Shown here one piece after another: positions 44,897 through 51,972 of a stretch of DNA of 64,000 nt; the first letter of the stretch is position 1; every line of letters starts with the position of its first letter. The DNA comes from Candidatus Omnitrophota bacterium (GTDB lineage: Bacteria > Omnitrophota > Gorgyraeia > Zapsychrales > Fredricksoniimonadaceae): NCBI GenBank assembly GCA_002753465.1, contig PEAF01000004.1:474-64473 (forward strand), read 5' to 3'. The translations under genes were made by a program, and so were the position numbers. The notes below the pieces were generated by a model that was given only the letters and a program-made list of their open reading frames with translations, was not told where the DNA came from and ran no database searches.

Positions 44897-46630
44897 ATGA
44901 AACGGATCCTTCTTCAAGATACCAATGGCAGCCTTAAAAAGGAATTACGTGATTTTCACGTGGCCTTTAGCAGTTACCTGCGGGATAACAACCTCGTGGA
45001 CAAGGCCCAGGTCGTTCTTGTGTCTGATATCGGCGTGTATAACAAGGGTATTGTGGCCAAGGTGCTGCCGGAAGGCTTCATTTATGTTAATTTGAACAGT
45101 GCCAATATTGCCGAGATCGTTGACAAGACCGTGGTCAAGGGTGAAAAGATCGATGCTTTGTCTTTTGAGAAAAAGAATAAGCAGATGCGTTTGGTCCTGC
45201 GCAATTGCGGTATCGTTGATCCTGAGAGCATTGAAGAGTATATCGCTGCTGATGGTTACCAGGGGCTGGCCAATGCCCTGGCCATGGGGCCTGAAAAGGT
45301 CATTGAGGAAATGAAGAAGTCAGGCTTGCGCGGCCGCGGCGGCGCAGGTTTCCCGACATGGATGAAATGGAATATCACCCGCGGCGTGAAGGGCGATGAG
45401 AAATATATTATCTGTAATGGCGATGAAGGCGACCCGGGCGCCTATATGGACCGTTCGGTGCTTGAGGGCGATCCTCATTCTGTCATTGAAGGTCTTATGA
45501 TCGGCGGCTTTGCGGTCGGTGCCAAGCACGGTATTTTCTATATTCGTGCTGAATATCCGCTGGCGGTTGAGCGTATCCAGAAAGCTATCGATGTGTGCCG
45601 CAGTAAGGGCATTATCGGCCAGAATATTTTCGGTTCCGGCTTTGATTTTGATGTTGAGATCCGCCTGGGTGCAGGCGCTTTCGTGTGCGGCGAAGAGACG
45701 GCGCTGATCGCGTCCGTTGAAGGGTTGCGCGGCTATCCGCGCCCGCGTCCGCCGTTCCCATCGGTCAAGGGCGTATGGGGCAAGCCTACGGTCATCAACA
45801 ATGTTGAGACGTTAGCCAATATTCCTTATATCCTGTTTAAAGGCGGTGCTGAATTCGGCAAGGTCGGCACCGAAGGTTCCAAGGGGACCAAGGTTTTCGC
45901 TCTCACCGGCAAGGTCAAGAATTCAGGTTTGGTCGAAGTCCCCATGGGTACAACGCTGCGCGAGATCGTTTTCGATATCGGCGGCGGCGTCCTTAACAAT
46001 CACGCCATCAAGGCGATCCAGACCGGCGGTCCGTCGGGCGGCATGATCCCGTCGCAGTTTTTTGATACGGCTGTGGAATATGAAAGCCTGCAGAAGCTCG
46101 GCTCCATCATGGGATCGGGCGGCATGATCGTTATGGATGAGTTCGATTGCATGATCGATATCTCCAAGTTCTATCTGGGTTTTTGCGTGGATGAGTCCTG
46201 CGGCAAGTGCGCGCCGTGCCGTATCGGCGGGACGCAGATGCTGGCGATCCTTAAAAAGATCTCCGAAGGCAAGGGTGAGCCCGAGGATATGGTCAAGCTC
46301 AATCAGATCGCCCAGGCGATGCAGAAGGCTTCCTTGTGCGGGTTGGGTCAGACAGCGGCGAATCCTGTTCTCTCGACCATGAAGTATTTTGAAGATGAAT
46401 ATAAAGCGCACGTCATTGATAAGAAATGCCCGTCCTGCAAGTGCCCGAGCCTTGTAGTGTACAGCATCAATAAGGAACGCTGCACGGGTTGCAGTTTGTG
46501 CGCACGTAACTGTCCGGTCAATGCCATTTCAGGTGACCGTCAGAGCAAGTACACGGTCGATACGGCCAAGTGCATCGGGTGTGCGAACTGTTATGAAGCA
46601 TGTAAATTCAACGCGATTGTGCGTCAATAG
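44897..46630 (+). CDS. hydB: [FeFe]-hydrogenase NuoF-like flavoprotein subunit (HydB/HndC)
   Basis: GLRGRGGAGFPT, ESCGKCAPCR, and two C-terminal CxxCxxCxxxCP motifs (CTGCSLCARNCP, CIGCANCYEAC). Confidence 0.9.
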   Translation: MKRILLQDTNGSLKKELRDFHVAFSSYLRDNNLVDKAQVVLVSDIGVYNKGIVAKVLPEGFIYVNLNSANIAEIVDKTVVKGEKIDALSFEKKNKQMRLVLRNCGIVDPESIEEYIAADGYQGLANALAMGPEKVIEEMKKSGLRGRGGAGFPTWMKWNITRGVKGDEKYIICNGDEGDPGAYMDRSVLEGDPHSVIEGLMIGGFAVGAKHGIFYIRAEYPLAVERIQKAIDVCRSKGIIGQNIFGSGFDFDVEIRLGAGAFVCGEETALIASVEGLRGYPRPRPPFPSVKGVWGKPTVINNVETLANIPYILFKGGAEFGKVGTEGSKGTKVFALTGKVKNSGLVEVPMGTTLREIVFDIGGGVLNNHAIKAIQTGGPSGGMIPSQFFDTAVEYESLQKLGSIMGSGGMIVMDEFDCMIDISKFYLGFCVDESCGKCAPCRIGGTQMLAILKKISEGKGEPEDMVKLNQIAQAMQKASLCGLGQTAANPVLSTMKYFEDEYKAHVIDKKCPSCKCPSLVVYSINKERCTGCSLCARNCPVNAISGDRQSKYTVDTAKCIGCANCYEACKFNAIVRQ

Positions 46631-46641
46631 GAGTGAATCCA

Positions 46642-48402
46642 ATGTCGACGGTAACTAAGATCAAAGCCATTATCAACGGGATCCCTGTCGAGGTCGATCA
46701 GGGCGCCACGATCCTTGAGGCGGCGCATAAAGCCCAGGTCAATATCCCGACACTTTGCAAACATCCTGACCTGGTTGCTTCGGCAGGTTGCGGTATTTGC
46801 ATTGTGAAGATCAAGAATAATCGCAAGATGCTGCGCGCATGTTGTACGCCTCTTGAGGAAGGCATGGATATCATGACCCATGACCCCGAGATCGTACAGA
46901 CCCGCCGTACGGTGCTTGAGCTCATCCTTTCCAATCACCCGACGGATTGCCTGGTGTGCGGACGCAACAACGACTGCGAATTGCAGAAGATCTGTGCTGA
47001 ATTCGGTATCCGTGATGACCGTTTTGAGCGTATCCTTCCTAATATCCCGGTTGATAGTTCGACCAAGACGATCATTTTGGAGCCGAGAAAATGCATCAAG
47101 TGCAGCCGGTGCATCGATGCGTGCCAGAACATGCAGGATGTATGGGCGCTTTCATATGTGGATCGCGGGTTTAAAACGCGCATGGCACCTTCCGGCGACA
47201 TCAAGCTGGCGGAATCCCCGTGCGTGCGTTGCGGCCAGTGTGCGGCGCATTGCCCGACGGGCGCTATTTGCGAGAATGACGAGACCCAGAAGGTGTGGCA
47301 GCTCTTGCAGGATCCGGATAAGCATTGCGTGGTGCAGATCGCACCCGCGGTGCGTGTGGCGGTAGGTGAAGGGTTTGGTTATCCTGTCGGAACGAATTTG
47401 ACCAAGAAGCTTTATGCCTTGTTGCGCCGCCTTGGTTTCAAGGCCGTATTTGATACTAACTTCGGCGCTGATTTGACGATCATGGAAGAAGGCACGGAAT
47501 TTGTAGAGCGTTTTGTCAACAAAAAGGGCCCTTTACCGCTGATCACCAGCTGCTGCCCGGCGTGGGTTGATTATCTTGAGAAGTATTATGGTGATACCAT
47601 TAGCCTTTTCTCATCGGCTAAGAGTCCGCATGAGATGGTGGGTGCTTTGGCCAAGACGTATTACGCGCAGAAAAAGAATATCGATCCTTCCAAGATGAAG
47701 GTCATTTCCATTATGCCGTGCACGGCCAAGAAGTATGAGATCTCACGTACCGAAGAAATGTCAGCTTCCGGTTTTCAGGATGTTGACGTATCGTTGACGA
47801 CCCGTGAGCTCATTCGCATGATCAAACAGGCTGGTATTGACTTCAAGCAGCTTCCTGATGAAGATGCGGATCTTATGCTGGGTGATTATGCAGGGGCAGG
47901 CACGATCTTTGGTGCGACGGGTGGTGTTATGGAAGCGGCTCTGCGTACAGCTTACTTTGCCATTACGGGTGAGAATTTGAAGGATGTGAATTTCACGGCT
48001 GTGCGTGGTTTACAGGGTGTTAAAGAAACGACGATCAATATCAAGGGTACGGATGTTAAGATCGCGGTGGCGCATGGTTTGAAGAATGTAAAATATGTTA
48101 TGGATAAGGTACGCGATGCGCTTAAGAACAATCAGCCGCCTCCGTATCATTTCATTGAGGTTATGGCATGTCCCGGCGGTTGTGTTGGCGGCGGCGGTCA
48201 GCCGTATATGGTGACCGATGATATCCGCAAGCAGCGCGCGAAGGGTCTTTATGAAGAGGACGCCAACCTGCCGCATCGCTGTTCGCATGAGAATCCGTAT
48301 GTTGCACAATTATACAAGGATTTTCTGGAGAAGCCGTTGTCACATAAGTCGCACAAGCTTCTTCATACGAAGTACGTTTCACGTCCGTTGTATACGCGCT
48401 AA
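46642..48402 (+). CDS. hydA: [FeFe]-hydrogenase catalytic subunit, multi-cluster (group A, bifurcating-type architecture)
   Basis: N-terminal 2Fe-2S and 4Fe-4S Cys motifs. H-cluster motifs TSCCPAW, MPCTAKKYE and EVMACPGGCVGGGGQP. Confidence 0.9.
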   Translation: MSTVTKIKAIINGIPVEVDQGATILEAAHKAQVNIPTLCKHPDLVASAGCGICIVKIKNNRKMLRACCTPLEEGMDIMTHDPEIVQTRRTVLELILSNHPTDCLVCGRNNDCELQKICAEFGIRDDRFERILPNIPVDSSTKTIILEPRKCIKCSRCIDACQNMQDVWALSYVDRGFKTRMAPSGDIKLAESPCVRCGQCAAHCPTGAICENDETQKVWQLLQDPDKHCVVQIAPAVRVAVGEGFGYPVGTNLTKKLYALLRRLGFKAVFDTNFGADLTIMEEGTEFVERFVNKKGPLPLITSCCPAWVDYLEKYYGDTISLFSSAKSPHEMVGALAKTYYAQKKNIDPSKMKVISIMPCTAKKYEISRTEEMSASGFQDVDVSLTTRELIRMIKQAGIDFKQLPDEDADLMLGDYAGAGTIFGATGGVMEAALRTAYFAITGENLKDVNFTAVRGLQGVKETTINIKGTDVKIAVAHGLKNVKYVMDKVRDALKNNQPPPYHFIEVMACPGGCVGGGGQPYMVTDDIRKQRAKGLYEEDANLPHRCSHENPYVAQLYKDFLEKPLSHKSHKLLHTKYVSRPLYTR

Positions 48403-48511
48403 CGGGTGGTCCTGATCCGTCGGGGGTTGACCCGGGCGGTGAGGGAAATAAAAATTAAGTGTCTGCGGTAAGGGCAAGGCCTGAAACCAAGGGAAGTGAC
48501 AATAAGATCAC

Positions 48512-48556
48512 ACAGCCCCGGTTTTATGCTTTGCATAAGATCGGGGCTGTTTGTTT
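48512..48556 (+). terminator. Rho-independent terminator after hydA
   Basis: acagccccg-(loop with nested ttatgc/gcataa)-cggggctgt followed by ttgttt. Confidence 0.7.
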
Positions 48557-48557
48557 A

Positions 48558-48602
48558 GCGGGTCCTGGCACTGTCGTGATGCCCTTGCCGTCTTTCGAAG
48601 TC
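48558..48602. repeat. Inverted-repeat arm A (partner 50415-50459)
   Basis: gcgggtcctggcactgtcgtgatgcccttgccgtctttcgaagtc. Its reverse complement matches arm B at 40 of 45 positions (hand alignment). Confidence 0.85.
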
Positions 48603-48631
48603 GGATGGCTAAATACATAAGGGGAATTGAT

Positions 48632-48880
48632 ATGAGCAAACGTTTAGGTTTTGTAGGTATTATCATAGAAAATCGTGTTAAGGCAGCACCATTGGTGAAC
48701 AAGATCCTTTCTGAGTATGGCGATGAGATCGTGGCCCGGGTCGGCTTGCCGTATAAAGAGCGTCATTGCAGCGTTATTACGCTGACGGTCGATATGACAA
48801 CCGATGAACTGGGCGCATTGACGGGTAAGCTGGGTGCAGTTGAGGGCGTGATGGTCAGATCGGCATTAGCCAAGGCATAA
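48632..48880 (+). CDS. TM1266-like ACT-fold protein (putative iron-only hydrogenase system regulator family)
   Basis: MSKRLGFVGIIIENRVKAAPLVNKILSEYGDEIVARVGLPY.. About 82 aa, sitting in front of aspA and the hyd maturases as in Thermotoga/Clostridia clusters. The track start at 48551 lies in the terminator. Confidence 0.65.
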   Translation: MSKRLGFVGIIIENRVKAAPLVNKILSEYGDEIVARVGLPYKERHCSVITLTVDMTTDELGALTGKLGAVEGVMVRSALAKA

Positions 48881-48882
48881 AT

Positions 48883-50253
48883 ATGGAATTTCGCACAGAA
48901 CATGACATGTTGGGTGAGAAGAATATTCCGCTGAAAGCTTATTGGGGCATTCATACGCAACGTGCATTGGAGAATTTCCCTTTGTATTCTGGTGTTGTGT
49001 CGTTGCCACTGATGAAAGCCATGGCCATGGTCAAGAAAGCCTGTGCGCTGGCGAATAAGGACTTGGGATATTTAACACCTGAGAAAGCTTCAGTCGTTAT
49101 AAGTGTGTGCGATGAGATCATGGCTGGCAAGTTGAATGACCAGTTTCCCCTGGATGCACTGCAGGGCGGGGCGGGGACATCGACGAACATGAATTTGAAT
49201 GAGGTCATCGCCAATCGCGGCCTCGAGATCATGGGGCGCGCCAGGGGTGATTATGCGGCGCTCCATCCTTTGGAGGATGCGAATCTACATCAATCGACCA
49301 ATGATGTTTATCCGACGGCGCTGAAGGTGGCTTTAATCCTGGGTGTTAGGTCTTTAAGCGAGACAACAGCGCTGCTGCAAGGTGCTTTTCAGCGTAAGGA
49401 AAAAGAATTCGCCGGTATCATCAAGTTGGGGCGTACCGAGATGCAGGATGCCGTGCCGATCACCTTAGGCGCTGAGTTTTCCGGCATGGCTGAAGCGGTT
49501 TCGAGAGACCGCTGGAGAACGTTTAAATGTGAGGAGCGCTTACGGGTGGTTAATATTGGCGGCACAGCCGTGGGGACAGGGCTTGGTGCGCCGCGTGATT
49601 ACATTTTTCTGGTCATTGAGAAGTTGCGTGAGGTTACAGGGCTTGGTGTTTGCCGGGCTGAGAATATGATGGGCGATACGGCGCATGCGGATACGTTCGT
49701 TGAGGTGTCAGGGATACTCAAGGCGCATGCCGTCAATATCCTGAAGATCTCGAATGACTTGCGCTTGATGAATATGCTGGGTGAAATTGTGTTGCCATCG
49801 GTGCAGGCTGGCTCATCGATCATGCCGGGCAAAGTTAATCCTGTGATATTAGAGGCAGTGTCGCAGGCCGGCCTTAAAGTGATCGCGCAGGACGGTCTTG
49901 TAACGCAAGCGGCATCGCGCGGCACCGGGCAGATCATTGAATTCATGCCGCTATTGGCGGATGCGCTTTTAGGGGCGGTTGATCTTTTGGTCAAGGCGGA
50001 TGGGATGCTGACAGCACATATCGATGGGATCAAAGCGGATGAAGATCGCTGCCGGCATTATGTTGACAGAAGCCGGACGCTCATTACGGCGTTTGTTCCT
50101 GTGGTGGGGTATGACCGTTGTCAGGCCTTGCTGAAAGAATTTGATGATATTAAGGAAGATAATTTGCGTGCGTTCCTTAACCGGAGGTTGGGTGTGGAGA
50201 TTGTCAATAAAACATTGGCGCCGCATAATCTTGTCGGATTAGGACATAGATAA
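48883..50253 (+). CDS. aspA: Aspartate ammonia-lyase (class II fumarase/aspartase family)
   Basis: TEHDMLGEKNIPLKAYWGIHTQRALENFP and signature GSSIMPGKVNP. Confidence 0.8.
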   Translation: MEFRTEHDMLGEKNIPLKAYWGIHTQRALENFPLYSGVVSLPLMKAMAMVKKACALANKDLGYLTPEKASVVISVCDEIMAGKLNDQFPLDALQGGAGTSTNMNLNEVIANRGLEIMGRARGDYAALHPLEDANLHQSTNDVYPTALKVALILGVRSLSETTALLQGAFQRKEKEFAGIIKLGRTEMQDAVPITLGAEFSGMAEAVSRDRWRTFKCEERLRVVNIGGTAVGTGLGAPRDYIFLVIEKLREVTGLGVCRAENMMGDTAHADTFVEVSGILKAHAVNILKISNDLRLMNMLGEIVLPSVQAGSSIMPGKVNPVILEAVSQAGLKVIAQDGLVTQAASRGTGQIIEFMPLLADALLGAVDLLVKADGMLTAHIDGIKADEDRCRHYVDRSRTLITAFVPVVGYDRCQALLKEFDDIKEDNLRAFLNRRLGVEIVNKTLAPHNLVGLGHR

Positions 50254-50400
50254 TGATTCGCCAAGCTTTGGCCCTCGTTCATGCCCTGTGGCTCAGACAG
50301 TCCTCGCGCATCCGCTTTTGAAGGATGTTGAATGAGGAAGGAACGCGGATGGCTGCGGAACTCGCCCTTAGGGCATTGAACTTCGGGCCGCTTGTTGAAT
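50254..50400 (+). repeat. Structured intergenic repeat, copy 2
   Basis: tgattcgccaagctttggccctcgttcatgccctgtggctcagacagtcctcgcgcatccgc...gcggatggctgcggaactcgcccttagggcattgaacttcgggccgcttgttgaat. Confidence 0.9.
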
Positions 50401-50414
50401 GAAATACGCGAGAC

Positions 50415-50459
50415 GCCTTCGAAAGACGACAAGGGCATCACGACGGCGGCAGGACCCGC
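50415..50459. repeat. Inverted-repeat arm B (partner 48558-48602)
   Basis: gccttcgaaagacgacaagggcatcacgacggcggcaggacccgc. Sits in a ~66-nt insert that copy 2 carries relative to copy 3. Confidence 0.85.
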
Positions 50460-50489
50460 GAAGCGACTGTGAAGGATGAGAGGAATATT

Positions 50490-51749
50490 ATGGATAAAAC
50501 ACCAAAATCATTAAGGCTTCAGATCGGCATTTTCGGCCGGACCAATGTGGGCAAGTCAAGTTTGCTTAACATGGTCGCGGGGCAGGACGTGGCCATTACA
50601 TCCGCTGTGGCTGGGACGACGACAGATGTGGTGGAGAAGGCCATGGAACTGCTGCCATTAGGCCCCGTGATGTTCCTGGATACGGCAGGGCTTGATGATG
50701 ATTCTCTCCTGGGGGAAAAGCGTATTGAGCGCACACGGCGCGCGCTGGACCGCTGTGATATTGCTTTGTTAGTCGTTGAGCCCGGGATCTGGGGGGTATG
50801 CGAAGTGCAGTTTGCTGAAGAGCTTAAGGCTAAAAAGAAGCCACTGATCATTGTTATTAATAAGGCGGACATAAAGTCGATCGCTGATGATTTCATGCAA
50901 GTTCTTCAAGCGATAACAGATAAGGTTATCGTTGGTTCAAGCGTCGTCACGGCCCAGCGCGAAGCATTTTTACAGGCGTTCAAGCTTTGCCTGATCCAGA
51001 CCTGTCCGGAGGATTTTTTAAGACCGCCGACGCTATTGGGGGATCTTGTTCCCGCTGGTGGCGTGGCCGTTCTGGTCGTGCCGATCGATCTGCAGGCGCC
51101 GAAGGGGCGACTCATACTGCCGCAGGTGCAGGCGATCCGTGACGGACTGGATAATGATGCTGTTGTAGCGGTTGTTAAGGAGCGTGAGTATGCGGCGTTC
51201 CTGCAGAATCTAAAAAGTAAGCCTGCGGTGGTTGTGTGCGACTCACAGGTGGTAATGAAAATGGTCGCAGATACGCCCTTGGATGTGAAATGCACGACAT
51301 TCTCGATTCTTTTCGCGCGATACAAGGGCGATCTGGTCGAGATGGCCAAAGGTGCGGCGCATATTGAAGCGCTCAAACCGGGGGATAAGGTCCTGATCGC
51401 GGAAAGTTGTTCACATCATGCGGCTGAAGATGATATCGGACGGGTCAAGATCCCGCGCTGGCTGCGTCAATATGTCGGCGGTGATCTGGTGGTCGATCAT
51501 TTTGCGGGACGTGATTATCCCAAGGACCTTGAACAGTACAAACTTATTGTGCACTGCGGTTCGTGTATGTTAACGCGTGGTGAGATGTTGTGGCGTATCC
51601 ATCAGGCCAAAGAAAGAGGAGTACCGATTACAAATTATGGCGTCGGGATATCTTTAGTTCAGGGTGTATTGAAACGTGTTCTTTCGCCATTTCCGGCGGC
51701 GTTGGATGCGTTTGAAAAAGAAGTAGCTCAGGTAATTTCCGCGCTATAG
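50490..51749 (+). CDS. hydF: [FeFe]-hydrogenase maturation GTPase
   Basis: GRTNVGKSSLLN G1 motif. C-terminal cluster motif ESCSHH...HCGSC. The track start is GTG 50469. Confidence 0.9.
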   Translation: MDKTPKSLRLQIGIFGRTNVGKSSLLNMVAGQDVAITSAVAGTTTDVVEKAMELLPLGPVMFLDTAGLDDDSLLGEKRIERTRRALDRCDIALLVVEPGIWGVCEVQFAEELKAKKKPLIIVINKADIKSIADDFMQVLQAITDKVIVGSSVVTAQREAFLQAFKLCLIQTCPEDFLRPPTLLGDLVPAGGVAVLVVPIDLQAPKGRLILPQVQAIRDGLDNDAVVAVVKEREYAAFLQNLKSKPAVVVCDSQVVMKMVADTPLDVKCTTFSILFARYKGDLVEMAKGAAHIEALKPGDKVLIAESCSHHAAEDDIGRVKIPRWLRQYVGGDLVVDHFAGRDYPKDLEQYKLIVHCGSCMLTRGEMLWRIHQAKERGVPITNYGVGISLVQGVLKRVLSPFPAALDAFEKEVAQVISAL

Positions 51750-51844
51750 GCTTTGGCAAAGGATTCCGGCTCAGGAGCGCCCGTCCTTTTTGGGATGGAA
51801 ATGCGGGTGGAAGGACGTCCGCAATTCGCCGTCATCCTTTTGCC
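51749..51844 (+). repeat. Diverged fourth member of the structured repeat family
   Basis: ggcaaaggat..ccggctcag..gcgcccgtcc-tttttgggatggaaatgcgggtggaa-ggacgtccgc..aattcgcc..atccttttgcc. Same architecture, with the stems replaced by different complementary sequences. Confidence 0.65.
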
Positions 51845-51972
51845 TGCAGCCTGCGCGGATTAAACGCTTTCCTGATTTAAAGCTGAAGGCATGCCGCAGA
51901 TGCGAGTTTGGAAACCAAGCTTTCAACAATGTTCTTTAGAAAAAGCTGTTTCCACTGTCTGAGCAGCCAGGT

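Noticed and set aside
48566-48582. TGGCAC in inverted-repeat arm A, considered as a sigma54 -24 element
   Set aside because: ctGGCACtgtcgtgatGC places the GC two bases too far from the GG relative to the GG-N10-GC rule, and there is no TTGC. No enhancer-binding protein gene lies nearby.
50349-50402. Small plus-strand ORF inside the repeats (MAAELALRA..), preceded by the GAGGAAGGA of the apical loop
   Set aside because: The stop position differs in each copy (9, 17 and 25 codons), the diverged copy at 51749-51844 has no ATG, and the start codon is buried in the inner stem. An RNA or DNA structure explains the conservation better than coding does.
50121-50441. Minus-strand ORFs 6133-6444, 50121-50441 and 53547-53879 share the peptide NKRPEVQCPKGEF(R/H)SHP
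   Set aside because: The shared peptide is simply the reverse-strand translation of the intergenic repeat. The ORFs otherwise run antisense into flanking genes and differ in frame continuation.
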